IMG/VR virus record: IMGVR_UViG_3300006151_000005
Coordinates: 41,516 to 105,515 of that record
Source of the DNA: a virus
Taxonomy: Duplodnaviria > Caudoviricetes
Length of the DNA: 64,000 nt
Direction: 5' to 3' (one strand)
A program made the position numbers and the translations under genes. The notes below the pieces were generated by a model, which saw only the letters and a list, made by a program, of their open reading frames with translations, ran no database searches and was not told the origin of the DNA. Every line of letters starts with the position of its first letter. Within the stretch, counting starts at the first letter, position 1. Shown here piece after piece: positions 30,048 through 41,941 of the stretch.

Positions 30048-31505
30048 ATGAATAACTACTTACAGCAAATCTTAACCTATTTCCGAAACCTCACGCTAAA
30101 TGCGTCCGGGGTTAGCCGCGACCTGTATCAGCTTTTGCAGGATAAGGACATCAGCCGCGCATTGGATATGCTCCAGAACCGCGATGATGAAGTTGACCAA
30201 GCAATCAAGGAGTATAATCCGCAGACGCATGACGTGATGAAACGCCCCAACAAATTCCGTAAAGGCGATGACCCCTATATCACGGAAAAGTTGCCACGCA
30301 CACGCGCCCGCTACATCAACGACATCGAGCTATTCTTCTTGCTCGGCAATCCTATTGAATGGAAGAAAGAAGAGGGCGACGATGAAGCCTTTTCGCTATT
30401 CACAGATTTTCTGGAAGAGCAGCACTTCAATTCACGCATCCGTCAGGCGAAACGACTTGCCGGCGCGGAAACCGAGTCAGCCCTTATCGCGCACATCTAC
30501 CGCGATGATGATACAGGCGAGCGTCGCGTCAAGCTGAATGTATTGGCGCGTTCCAAAGGCTATCGCCTGCGCCCACTGTTCGACACCATCGGCAACATGA
30601 TCGCCTTTGCATACGGATACGTGACGAAAGAACATGGCCGCAGTATTCAGCACTGGGATTTCCAAACACCCAAAATCCTTGCTTACTGCCGTAAGGCGCA
30701 AATCGGATGGGAAGTCGAAATCTATCCCAATCCCACCGGCAAGATAAACGTCATCTACTTTCAGCAGCCAAAGGCATGGGATGGCGCGGAAGCCCGCATC
30801 AACCGCGAGGAGATGCTTGACAGTAAGACCGGCGACACCAACAATTACTTTTCCGACCCCATCGCCGCCGCCACTGCCGACGTCATTCAGACCATGACCG
30901 ACCCCAACAAGCCCGGAAAGCTCATTCAGCTTACAGGCGAAAAGTCAAGGTTTGAGTACGTCAACCCACCGCAGGCATCGCAGACACGCGACGCGGAAAA
31001 ATCCGACCTTTCAAAGAGCATCCTTTTTGATACCTACACCCCGGATTTTGACACCGAGGCCATGCGTGGCTTCGGCACGCTTTCCGGTGTGGCAATCCGC
31101 AACGCTTTCATTCTTGGCTACATCAAGCGCGACAACCGCAAAGAAATCTACGATGAACTTGTGGGCCGTTTCCGCAATATCGTTATCGCCATACTTGCAT
31201 ACGAGCATCCCGATAAGAGAAAAGCTCTGGAGTCACTCAAAATCAAATTTGAATTTGCGGAACCATTCGCCGATGACAAGCAGGCGAAGTGGCAGTCCAT
31301 CGCAAGCCTGTATCAAGCCGGTCTGATTTCGTTGGAAACCGCCGTGACCATGTTGTCGCTGACCGATGCACCAGAAGAAGAAATCGCTCGCCTCCTCGCG
31401 GCTTCCGCACAGAAGCAACAGCAGGGTCAGCAGCCTTCCGCAAACAAAGAAGACAATCCGGCACAACCCCCTGTAAATATTCCGCGAGAACCTATATCAG
31501 CATAA
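30048..31505 (+). CDS. portal protein (SPP1 gp6-like)
   Basis: Follows TerL; 485 aa; FLLGNP, LSGVAI, GLISLETAV. Confidence 0.85.
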   Translation: MNNYLQQILTYFRNLTLNASGVSRDLYQLLQDKDISRALDMLQNRDDEVDQAIKEYNPQTHDVMKRPNKFRKGDDPYITEKLPRTRARYINDIELFFLLGNPIEWKKEEGDDEAFSLFTDFLEEQHFNSRIRQAKRLAGAETESALIAHIYRDDDTGERRVKLNVLARSKGYRLRPLFDTIGNMIAFAYGYVTKEHGRSIQHWDFQTPKILAYCRKAQIGWEVEIYPNPTGKINVIYFQQPKAWDGAEARINREEMLDSKTGDTNNYFSDPIAAATADVIQTMTDPNKPGKLIQLTGEKSRFEYVNPPQASQTRDAEKSDLSKSILFDTYTPDFDTEAMRGFGTLSGVAIRNAFILGYIKRDNRKEIYDELVGRFRNIVIAILAYEHPDKRKALESLKIKFEFAEPFADDKQAKWQSIASLYQAGLISLETAVTMLSLTDAPEEEIARLLAASAQKQQQGQQPSANKEDNPAQPPVNIPREPISA

Positions 31506-32000
31506 TATCTGCCATTGTTGTCATATCTGGATGCGTCACGTCTGAGTTAAAGGCGTGGCGCATTGTTTTACGCTATCAGCGCAAAATCAGCGCGTTAAAG
31601 CAAACACTTTTATTAACAATAGTTAAAAGTAAGTATTTACTTTAATATTTTCGCTAAAATATTTGGTGGATAAAAGTAAAAGCATTAACTTTGCATCGTA
31701 ATCAATAACAAACCCCAATAAGTAAGAAGTTATGAAACTTAAAGACAATGGCCAAATCGCAATCGACTCGGCAGACATACTGAAACAGAATCGCTATCGT
31801 TTTGAAATCGATACAGAAGACATCGTGATGGGCTTCGCTAAAACGATGAAAACGACAACGCGCAACGTTCAAAAAGCAATCAACATGATTAAAAAGGTGT
31901 GCAACGACTGCGGCACTTTCATCTCGCCCAGTGTGCGCATTGTAAGCGTCAGAATGTATCAGAACAACGAACTCGTTAAATCCCTTAACGCTTAATCAGT

Positions 32001-32225
32001 ATGGCAAGAAAACACGACTACATGCTATTAGGTCGCCTTTTGTGCGACTGCAAGTATTATCTTGGCAACGGCAATCGTAAGGCCAAACATCTATGGGCTG
32101 GCGACGAGCAAGAGCAGATAGATAAGATGCGCGAGCTATGGGATGCAATGCCGGCAGACGGCAAACCAGAATGGCTCACAAGAGAACAGATTGACAACTA
32201 CGCCAAACAGATGGGCGTTAAATGA
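32001..32225 (+). CDS. LPD11-like (large polyvalent protein-associated domain) protein
   Basis: YMLLGRL.CDCKYYLGNG...HLWAG...KPEWLT.EQID.Y. Confidence 0.7.
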   Translation: MARKHDYMLLGRLLCDCKYYLGNGNRKAKHLWAGDEQEQIDKMRELWDAMPADGKPEWLTREQIDNYAKQMGVK

Positions 32226-32759
32226 TATGGCTATGGCAAAAGCAAAATACAACCTCGTTACAACGACAAGAACAACCGCCGGCGCGGAGTCGCAGTACGT
32301 CAACCCGCTTGGCTCGGTTGAAACCGACGGAATGGAAGATGTTATCCTTGCATGGTGCATCATCGACTATTCAAATGCCCTTATGAAGAAGCTCAGGAGT
32401 GAGGGCTACAAGGTCGCCAACGTTGAAGACTATCAAGATTTTCAATGGCGCAAAATTACCCTGTCTGACGGCACGACAATGACCATAACCACTCAAGCAG
32501 CGTAATATGTTAGCCACGGATAAGCAAATCAACTATCTGCAACAGTTAGCGGATAAGGTAGAGCGGATGCACAAGGCGCACCCCGGCGCGGTCAAGTGCA
32601 AAACCCCATACATCGACTGGCATACGGAACGACACAAGGGCGTGACAACACTGGATGCCTCAATCAGAATCAAGGCATACAAGACCATAATCCGGGAAAC
32701 CAATTTTACTTTCATGCTTCTTGGCTTCGCCCAGATGTAACCCCAAAGAATAGCGAATA

Positions 32760-33020
32760 ATGGCAACACTTATAAAGGCAGACGGAACGCAGACCGTCGT
32801 ACACCCACAAGCCGGCATCGGCAAAAAGTTTACCCTCAAAGAAATGCAGACCTTTGTTGATGGCTACGTGCAATACATCTACCTTGAAAGCGGAAAGATA
32901 GCCGTGGTCAATGAAGAGGGGCGCATCATAGGGCTTAAACCTAACGCCCGCGCAAGCCTTGTAACCGGCTACAATCTTGTTGGCGATGTCTTAATTTGCG
33001 ATAATGGCGAATTAGATTAG
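32760..33020 (+). CDS. DUF3846-like protein
   Basis: FTLKEMQTFVDGYV, VVNEEGR, PNARAS, LVGDVL. Confidence 0.7.
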   Translation: MATLIKADGTQTVVHPQAGIGKKFTLKEMQTFVDGYVQYIYLESGKIAVVNEEGRIIGLKPNARASLVTGYNLVGDVLICDNGELD

Positions 33021-33840
33021 GTCAAGAGCAAGAAAATCACTAATTTTGCAGTACAACTAAACGAGAAAAGTACAATCATGGTAACAATCAAGATAGAATT
33101 TGAATACGAGGGCAAGCAGCACAACCTCAAGGCGATGCTTAACAACGACCTGTCAAAGTTAAGTAAAAGTAAAAATAACAACGCCACGGAAATTGTTGAT
33201 GACTTCGGCGATGATGGGCGGTGGTCTTTGTATTTTGCCGATTTCGATGATGAGCATGATGTCGAAGTGATGATGTATCGTGATGCTGATGGCGATAAAC
33301 AGCTTGAGGCTGATTATGCAATTATTTGGAACAAAGGCAATAATGGTGTCATAGAAGATGAGATTGATGTAAAATCCAGCGTTAAACACACCTAAAGCAT
33401 ATCATGGAATCCGAGAATTATTACGAGGTGTTTACCAATGTCAATCATGCTGCAAGTAAGCTCTATGTGGTTGAAATGGCTTTTTCGCTTGAAGAAGCAC
33501 ACGAAACGCTTAAAGGCATGAAATCAAAGGTATGCGGAAAGCGACCTCGCAAATTCAAAGGTACATACGCCGATGATGAAGATGCGCCACTCGTTAACTT
33601 TGAAATTGTGCGCGTTATTGATGGCTGCGCCGAAGAAGATGCCACGTATCAGACAGATTGGTATCACGCATTACGAAAATAGAATTACTTGATGAAACAA
33701 AGATATTGATTACAAGCGTCTTCATACGCACTTATTGGGTAGCCTCGGCACTGCGCCGGGGCTTTTCTTTTGCACTGGCGTTCCGCGATTAAATTTGATG
33801 CTTATTTTTCTTGAAAAAAGTTGCTGAAAAATTTGTACAA

Positions 33841-33858
33841 TTAAAGTAATTACTTTAA
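33841..33858. promoter_or_regulatory. perfect 18-bp palindromic operator TTAAAGTAATTACTTTAA overlapping the -7 element
   Basis: Variants at 6592, 8476, 22168, 25715, 31671, 35058. Confidence 0.75.
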
Positions 33859-36800
33859 CTTTGCGGTGTAATCAATAACACCAATATAAGTGAACAGTAT
33901 GGATACGACTAAAGAACTGAACGCAAGACTTGAGATAGTAAACCTCAAGGGATACAGATTCAACACGCCCAAAGGCATCTGTACGATGCGCGGCTTCGCC
34001 TTTTACATCAAGGGCAAAGGCTTTGTTAGATTCAAGCACGACCTCCCCGGCATACCTTATGCGCCCTGTGGTGGCAGAAAGGCGTTGCTTTCAATCCTGA
34101 ACAGTGGCGGCTTCGTGAACTATGACAGCTTAGAATTTACCAACCCCATCAGCGAAAACTAACACGACCATGACAACAGAACAGCGCAAAGCGATAGCTG
34201 CGGAAGCAAAGATACCATTCTGTAACGTGGCAGCTTTCAGAAATCCCGACAATGCAAAGAGTTATCTTCGGCACACGGTCAAGATGAACATGATGATGCG
34301 CGTCAAGGGCGAATACTGGATAGTGTCGCCTGCGGAAGCTGAACGCCTCAATATACTTGGTTACGAATACGCTAAATTTTAATCGCCATGACAGCAAAGC
34401 AATCCCTTAAAAATTACATAGCCTATCTTATCGGCAAGGGTCAGAGTATCGGCTTACTTGAAGCAGTCAAGGCAGACGTACCACGCACCGACGGCATCGC
34501 CGGCACACGCGAATTTGAAATCACGGAACTTTACCGCGATGGTCGCGGTGTTTGCCACATCAGCGACGGCATCAATCGCCGCAGTGTTCACGAACTTACG
34601 GAAAGCCAGTGCAAGCATATTCTTGTTAACCTTTAATCAGCAGCATCATGGGTATATTAAGACTTAAACGAGTTCACGGAACGGATTACGAAAATTTCAA
34701 TGCCGGCTATGCGCTCTACGAGGATGAAGCCGGTCGCCAGTATAGCGGATATGTAGGTCGCGGAAACACGCCAGACCCTCGCTTCTGGGCTACACTAAAT
34801 CAATATTGGGAACGTGACCTCAGTATCTTCACACGCGAATATTGCGAATATCAGGGCATCGACCACCAACAGTACACGCAGATTGAAATCATCGCCTAAC
34901 AATCTCGCCATCAGTGAAAAGTGGAAGCCGACGGCTCTAATCGGCTTATAATAGGCATGTAGCTACGTTTGCCGGGATTTGAATAGCAAAAGTTAAAGCA
35001 TTTACTTTGTTAAATAATCTTAAATAAAAGTATTTTCTTATATTATTATTTGGTAGATTAAAGTATTTACTATAACTTTGTAACCGTAATCAAAACCCAA
35101 TAAGATATGAAGACTACAAACAACCCCTACAAGATTGAACATGTCAGCGATTTTGGCATGGCCTATTATCAGGTAGTGCGCAAGCGCGATGAAGCCATTC
35201 TCTACGCCAATAGCAACATTGACAACATCGCCTCTTTCATTCTTGACGAGGGCATCGACGTGGCCGGCTTTGACGCAGTGCCAGAATTTGCAAACAATCA
35301 CGTTTTCTAAATATGAACGACCATGAACGCTACAATAGAACTTATACAGGAGCCCACCCCAAGGGGCGAATACAAGCCGACAACGCTTGACGAGCAAAAG
35401 GCTAAAGCTGACATTCTCGTTACGGCGATTGACAGCCACTATGAAATCGTGGTAAAGAACCCAAGTATAAAGCTCAAGGGGCGCGGCATAAAGCGCAGCA
35501 AGTATATCGGCAACATCTTCTATGTGACCGAGCACGTCTATGAACAGCTATGCAAAGAATACAACGTAATGTGTGACTTCTAAATCATCCCGGCTATGAC
35601 ATCAAAAGAGAAGATATACGTGCAAATCCTTGAAACACGGAACGCGATAGACGAGCTGAACGGCAAAGAGCCACGCTACGACATCGACAAGTGCCTACGC
35701 ACCAACTATGCGCAGACGCACACAAGGGCAGAACTTAACGCAGAACTGGGCATCGCCCAATCGTGCCTACGGAACGACCGGAGCAAAAAGGCGATTGAAA
35801 AATGGTACGGAACACCCGCCGGCATCGCCTACCGCGAAGAGCGCGAGGCCAAAATCAAGAACCTACGGCGCGAAGTCTTGAATACCCACCGCGATACTAC
35901 AAGCGACGTGCATCGCTTCATTTATCAGCATCTCGGCAAGCAGTGGCGTGTGCGCGTCATCGGCGAAAGAGCCATGACGATAGAACTACTTAATAAGGAC
36001 GGAAAGAGCCAATTCGGTTACGACATCGAGCTTTACTACGGTCACGAAACACGCGACCCGGATAAGTTTGAAATCAGTTGCTCAAGTGTCGGCGGCTACG
36101 ACCCCACACAGGACTCAAGCAGACTTGACTATTTCATAGGCCTGACCACGCTTTCAAAGTATGACGTGGCCACGGAACTAAAAAGCCTCTTGAAGTCTTT
36201 CTCGGATTATTGCTACCGACAGGGCAATGAAATCTACCGACTTGAAAACGAACTTGAAAACCCACCTTACAATGGCTAAAAAGAAAGAACCGGTATTATG
36301 CTACTTTCATTTCATGTATAACCAGTGGAATGAACAGACGGCACAAAAGGTATTTGCAGACGCTTCGTGCGGCTGGGAGTACCTATGGCAGAAGTGGATG
36401 CGTTTCTGCGATGAATACGGCTACTACGGTGCGATAATGATGTATTACACCGAGGGTCTTGACTACGGACTACAAGAAAAATTATCAACAGCAGCATACG
36501 AGTACTACAATGACAAATAAAACCAACTTACCACCCATCGACCTCAAGCAATTTGAGGCCGACACACGGTTTGACATTCGCGACGCGATGCCCGAACTTG
36601 CCGTGTTCACAATCTTATGGCATAACATGGGCTACGGAACCGACCCCGTAGGAGTCGCCGAAACTACAAAGGCGCACATGCTGACGCTGCCCTTTGTCTT
36701 CGCAATACGCGACCGACTGCGCGAAGACGGCAGATGGCCGGAAGCGCACAACCTTGAGAACTGTGGCATCCTTACGTCGATACTGATGCTCAAGGCCGCG

Positions 36801-37569
36801 AAGATTGAACCGGTAAAGCTGAAAGAAATGCGCGACACAATCTCGCGTGAGGCAATCGCCCATAGATTCTTTTAACGCCCATGTTCAACGAATTTCAAAC
36901 CATAAAGACGCTTGCGGAAGTAAGGGCTTTCGCAAGCTATCTTTACTTTGACCTTTCGACCACGTTTCATCCTGACAATGATTTTGCGGAATACGTGACC
37001 CAAGACGGTAATCCGGCGTTTACGCCAATCCGCGCATCCCGGCTTAACGAGCGCATGTCCGAATGTCGTGAGGTCTGCGAGGCTTTCGGTGTCGACGTTT
37101 GCGACTTCATGGATGTTGCCGGCATCTATTTTGAAGCCATCGCATCCGGGCAAGATGTAGAACAGGCAAGAAACGCCGCTTATTTCGCGTCTGACGGCTC
37201 GGAATAGGTCAAAACGATAAGATGTACCACTCGCACGTCAAACGCCGTTTATTGCGCTTCTTTCGCGCTGATACGGCTATTTTATCCCGTCGCCCACATA
37301 CGACATAACGATAACCGCAACAAAAAACCGACATAGATATGACATTAGATAAATTTCAGCAGCAATCAATTGCCCACGTCAAATGGGGCTGGACTGGCGA
37401 CTACGCCGCGCACTTGTTAAGCCGGTTCAATGACCGCAAGGAATGTAGCAAGATATTCAGCCGTTGCCGACTGGTCGCATATCGCAACTGCATTTCAATC
37501 GGTGATGCCCGTCATCATCTGATAAGTGCCGGCAAGATTTGAAACGCCTGAACAAAGACGGAAAAAGTG

Positions 37570-38000
37570 ACGTTATATTTCTTTCATTCTTTCATTCTTT
37601 ATTATACTCTCTATATTCTTTATTCTTGTTTATGGCTGTAAAACCCGATTTAAGTAAAATAGCACCTTTGGAACGCGCTGATTATTAAGGTGTTGAACGG
37701 ATATTTTGCTGGCGGCTTGTTGGCTATTGGATGTTTCTTTGATGGCTGGCGTGTTTAAGTAAACATAGCCTACTGCACTGAAAATAAAAGAGTTTGTCGA
37801 TGTATTTTGTTGGTCATTGACTCCGATTTACTTAATAAGGTTTATTAAGTAAAAACGCACAAAAATCGCGGAAAAATCGCCTTGATGGTTGTCTGATGTT
37901 GCTTTGATGGCTATTTGTTGGCTATAAAATTAAGTAATTTGTTATAATATGCTGATATACAGATTAAAACAAATATATTTTGTTGGCTGAAAAAATGCGC
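37570..38000. repeat. AT-rich non-coding region with TATTTTGYTGG / TTGWTGGY and TTAAGTAA repeats (possible origin)
   Basis: Copies at 37702, 37803, 37976 plus several shorter ones. Confidence 0.4.
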
Positions 38001-38049
38001 CGAGTTATGTCGTAACCGGCGCATCGTGATTTTGCTGAAATATAAGGAT

Positions 38050-38670
38050 TTACGGCTTTCGTTTCCCAAGGATAAACGAATGGTAGTCACCGAACTTCCG
38101 GCGCACGATATACGCTCCTTTTTCAAGTCGTTCCCATCCAGCTTTCACATCTTTGATGTCGATTCCGAGCGCCTTTGATACCATGATGTCAGTTACACAG
38201 AAAGGCGCGTCACCGGCTGATTTTATTCCATTCCGAAGATAGGCGTATATCGCTACATCGTAGGCGGTTAACGAGATATTCGGAATGGGTAACACCTTGC
38301 CATCGGCAAGCTCTTGGCGCATCTGGTCGGCCAGTCGTTTTGACTCCGCGAATACGGATTCAAGGCTTTCAACCGGTCGATGCGCCTGCTGACGTTCAAG
38401 TTCCATCCAGCGCAACACAAGTCGCGCACGAGATTCATCGTTGAACTTGGTGGCGATGTAGAGGCACTCTTCTTTCGTTAGATTGTAGCAAGGGAGGACG
38501 CGCCCGGTTGGGTCGGTGTATTCACTAAGCGTAAAATTGCGCCCAGTAACCTTATACCACGCTTCTTCCATTTTGCGGATTGAACGCATCAGGTCTTTAT
38601 GACGTTTCTCCGCTACTTCTGCAATTAAGAGCGATGTCATTGTGGGTTGTTGAATTGGTAATGTTTCCAT
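38050..38670 (-). CDS. Rha family regulatory protein with C-terminal wHTH-like region
   Basis: MTSLLIAEV.EKRHKDLMRSIR, YNLTKEECLYIATKFNDE.RARLV.RW.ELE. Confidence 0.85.
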   Translation of the reverse strand: METLPIQQPTMTSLLIAEVAEKRHKDLMRSIRKMEEAWYKVTGRNFTLSEYTDPTGRVLPCYNLTKEECLYIATKFNDESRARLVLRWMELERQQAHRPVESLESVFAESKRLADQMRQELADGKVLPIPNISLTAYDVAIYAYLRNGIKSAGDAPFCVTDIMVSKALGIDIKDVKAGWERLEKGAYIVRRKFGDYHSFILGKRKP

Positions 38671-38719
38671 TTGTTGTCGGTTTGTGGACGACCCATGTTT
38701 CAGAGTCGCCCGGATTAAT

Positions 38720-38983
38720 TTAAGCTGCGGCTACTGATTCTATCAGTTCCGTATCTATAGCTGCGAATGGTACGTCAATTTCATTGCCGTCCTCATCGCA
38801 CGTCCATACATTGTAGCTGAATATCTCAAGAGTGGGTTTGTTCTGCGCGTACACGGATACGGTGATGTCATTACCGACCTCTATCGTGAGGTTGAAATAT
38901 CCATGCACAACCGGGTTGAGGGCGGCCACGGCTGCGGCTACGGCAAGCGATGCCGTTTTTGAGTCGAATTTGATTGCTTGCAT
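38720..38983 (-). CDS. hypothetical protein
   Basis: ORF in leftward operon. Confidence 0.5.
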   Translation of the reverse strand: MQAIKFDSKTASLAVAAAVAALNPVVHGYFNLTIEVGNDITVSVYAQNKPTLEIFSYNVWTCDEDGNEIDVPFAAIDTELIESVAAA

Positions 38984-39011
38984 AGTCTTTGATTTTATGG
39001 GGTTGATGTTG

Positions 39012-39341
39012 TTATACAATTTTCACAAGATTGCACTTCTTGAAAGAGCGAAATTCCTGTTTGTCGGTGTCGAAGTACACCTGAACGGTTTCGTTGGCTC
39101 TGCGGCCTGTGCCTTGCGTTTCTGGCAGACGGTGAGGGTCAAGTGTGCCAAGCGCTTGTCTTAACGTGCCGTCGATTTTCTGAAAGAAGAATTGCACGAT
39201 ACCGCCACGCATAGCCTTTGTTACTTTGGCGTTGAGCCATGCTACCTTGAGGGCTTCTGCCATCGTGTAACCGTTACGTCTGACGAACATCCACGCGGTC
39301 TGCATGATTTGTCGCAATTTTGATTTTCTATCGTTGCTCAT
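39012..39341 (-). CDS. SH3-fold / WYL_2 (DUF2693-like) protein
   Basis: FQKIDGTLRQALGTL, VYFDTDKQEFRSFK. Confidence 0.75.
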   Translation of the reverse strand: MSNDRKSKLRQIMQTAWMFVRRNGYTMAEALKVAWLNAKVTKAMRGGIVQFFFQKIDGTLRQALGTLDPHRLPETQGTGRRANETVQVYFDTDKQEFRSFKKCNLVKIV

Positions 39342-39551
39342 ATTCTTGGTCTTTAATTGTTGTTTAACTTTGATGATGCAAAGATATAGGATAAAATCTA
39401 TATCTCAAAATAAATTATAGGGTAAATTCTATTTCTTAACAAAGATTAACAATAGGTTAAACTCTATGCTTTAATTAAAAATATAGAATATAAGTTGTGA
39501 GTTTAATTATTTCTTCTTAACTTTGCGCCGTAAAATTATAGAACAAACCCT

Positions 39552-39821
39552 ATGGATATAAAACAAAAAATCAAAATGCAGGGCTTCACCATTAGTGAAG
39601 TCGCATCAAAGATGCCAAATGGCAATGGCGGATTAGGGATAAGCCAACCATCCCTGTCGGCTATTATCAACGGAAATCCCACGGTCAATAAGTTGAAAGA
39701 CATCGCCGACATAATTGGACTTACCTTATCTGAACTTGTTTCAGAAGATGATGGAATGAATATGATAGCGGCTTGCCCTCATTGTGGAAAGCCAATAACA
39801 ATCAAAACTACAATAGAATGA
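39552..39821 (+). CDS. Cro/CI-like HTH regulator with CPHCG
   Basis: ISQPSLSAIINGNPTV.KLKDIADIIG. Confidence 0.8.
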   Translation: MDIKQKIKMQGFTISEVASKMPNGNGGLGISQPSLSAIINGNPTVNKLKDIADIIGLTLSELVSEDDGMNMIAACPHCGKPITIKTTIE

Positions 39822-40540
39822 AACATTTACTTAAACCAGCAATCATCCTTGTTTTGGGAATGATTGTCTTATATCTCCAATCATGCGACCGACCTAATCA
39901 AGTTGATAATACGCTATTTGGGTTTCGTTTTGGGCAAACACAAATGGAGGTTGATAGCGTTGCGTCTAATAGAGGTTTCCGAAAACTTGCATGGGTCAAT
40001 TCCACCGGTTATGAGGGACGACTTGATACGCTTGGTGTTAGATGGATGCAGATAGAAGCAAGGTTTGAAAAAGATTCTCTCTGTTCCATTGCACTACTCG
40101 CGCATAAGGATTCGGAAGATGATGGTCGTGTTTTCGAGAGTAAGATTAACGATGTGCTGGAAAACCATTTTCATGTATTCGGAAAGCGGTTAGAGCAAGA
40201 ACCGTATGAAGAATATGGAGCATGGATTTTTGGCAATTACGTTGTTTCGTTTATCCCCAAAGGAGAATATTTTGCAGTTTTGCAAATATGCCCATATTCC
40301 AAAGATAATGCTAAAACGGCAAGGCTTGAATACATCGACTATAAAATAGACGAGAACTTAAAGAAGCTCGCTAACGCTATGGCTGGTTATATTAAGGCAA
40401 GAGAAAGTGGTCAATCTACCATGAGGGAAGTTTATGTGGATGATGTACGCTCTGCAAATGGTTTTCTAAATAAACATTACGACCTTATGACCCCCAGACA
40501 AAAGGAACTCTTTGACAAACTAAGGAATATTACTTATTGA
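39818..40540 (+). CDS. putative lipoprotein
   Basis: Signal peptide ending LQS-C; lower GC than flanks. Confidence 0.6.
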   Translation: MKHLLKPAIILVLGMIVLYLQSCDRPNQVDNTLFGFRFGQTQMEVDSVASNRGFRKLAWVNSTGYEGRLDTLGVRWMQIEARFEKDSLCSIALLAHKDSEDDGRVFESKINDVLENHFHVFGKRLEQEPYEEYGAWIFGNYVVSFIPKGEYFAVLQICPYSKDNAKTARLEYIDYKIDENLKKLANAMAGYIKARESGQSTMREVYVDDVRSANGFLNKHYDLMTPRQKELFDKLRNITY

Positions 40541-40660
40541 TTTATTTGGAATAAGCAAATAAGCGCATCAGTCATCACGACCGGTGCGCTTTCTTTGTTT
40601 ATAAAAAAGGCGACACGCCTCTCAGCGCATCGCCACAGGAAAGGGTGTGTGAAAAAGGGG

Positions 40661-41941
40661 TCATTGTTGTTTGATTTCAGCAGTCACGCCGTCAGTGCCG
40701 GTCACGTCTGCCGGATTAATCGCTTTCGCGGAATCGGGATTTTCAACAGCCATCGACAATTCTAAATCGCAGAAGCCTTTGCAAGCTCCGCGATAGCCGT
40801 TGAAAAATTCAATGGCGGTCATGCGTCGCTTGTTCGGCATCTGCAATTCAAGCACGGAAATAAGCTCGTCGCCACAGGCGATGTATAACTTGCGGTCTTG
40901 CCAGAACAACTCGCCGGGTGCATGATAGCCACGCGGTATGCCGGTCTTTTCCGTCTTGAATATCTTGACGCTTATTGCCTGCTTTCCAAGCATTGCCAGC
41001 GAAGTCCATGCCGATGGGATGGGCGTAAGTGCGCGTATGAAGTCATAGACGTAATTGGCAGGCTTGAGCCACGGAATGATGCAGTCCTTTCGGTGTAGCT
41101 TCGGCGCGTAGCAGGGCTGGATGAAGTCGCAGATAAGCTCCGATTGTGGGATGGGTCTGCAAGAATGGGCTATGCGCTGAATTGCATCGTCCATCATTTC
41201 CGCACCGGCTATGCGCAATTTGATGTGAACGTCTTCCGCGTTGTCATCCTCATCGATGCCGATGGCGAGATTGTTGATGATGCCGCCAGTATCGATTTTG
41301 TCTTCAAGCATGAACGTAGTCACGCCGGTCATGCTGTTACCGTCCTTGATAGCGGATGCGATGGTGGAAGCACCGCGATACATGGGCAGCATGGACGAAT
41401 GGAGATTGATTGTTCCCCACTTCGGAATGGTGTATAGCGCACGTGGCAGTATTCTGAACTCCACCACTACGCCAAGCGTAGCATGAAGATTGTGGATGTG
41501 CCGCAGAAACCTGTTGGAGTCGAGCTTCCGTGGCTGAAAAACAAGGATACCCATAGACTCTGCATAGACCTTGACCGCAGACTTGCGCACGACCTTTCCG
41601 CGACCGAAGGGCTTATCCTCCATCGTTACCACGGCGGCGACATCATAGCCGCGCTCTACAAGTATCTTGAGGGTTGGTAGGGCGAACTGTCCGTTTCCGA
41701 AAAACACGATGCGGATGCCCTTCCGTTCTACCGGCTTGGACGAGTCGTATTCCGGATAGGCTACGATTTCCGTTTCATCAGCAGCCGTGTAACCGCCATT
41801 ACGCAGACGCACCAAGTATGAGCCATCTTCTACCGGGTATAGAATCTGACCCTGACTTAGTATTCCTTTGTCTTCATTCGCGCATAACAGGCTTGATGGA
41901 ACTTGTACCGATTGCCCTACGCGATAGATGGGCGTTTTCAT
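40661..41941 (-). CDS. fmt: methionyl-tRNA formyltransferase-like protein with extra ~75-aa N-terminal domain
   Basis: RIVFFGNGQFA, DKPFGRG, INLHSSMLPMYRGA, IDTG, YAPKL, IRALTP.PSAW, ELQMPNKRRM..IEFFNG. Confidence 0.9.
   Translation of the reverse strand: MKTPIYRVGQSVQVPSSLLCANEDKGILSQGQILYPVEDGSYLVRLRNGGYTAADETEIVAYPEYDSSKPVERKGIRIVFFGNGQFALPTLKILVERGYDVAAVVTMEDKPFGRGKVVRKSAVKVYAESMGILVFQPRKLDSNRFLRHIHNLHATLGVVVEFRILPRALYTIPKWGTINLHSSMLPMYRGASTIASAIKDGNSMTGVTTFMLEDKIDTGGIINNLAIGIDEDDNAEDVHIKLRIAGAEMMDDAIQRIAHSCRPIPQSELICDFIQPCYAPKLHRKDCIIPWLKPANYVYDFIRALTPIPSAWTSLAMLGKQAISVKIFKTEKTGIPRGYHAPGELFWQDRKLYIACGDELISVLELQMPNKRRMTAIEFFNGYRGACKGFCDLELSMAVENPDSAKAINPADVTGTDGVTAEIKQQ

Larger units (their letters stand above)
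31732..37542 (+). other. array of about 18 small early/accessory CDSs behind promoters at ~31662, ~33832 and ~35049
   Basis: Short co-oriented ORFs; TTTG/TAACTTTG promoters carrying the shared operator. Confidence 0.6.

Noticed and set aside
31541-31626. TCTGAGTTAAA, identical to the capsid start context
   Set aside because: Lies in the loop of a terminator-like hairpin after the portal and opens only about 26 low-information codons.
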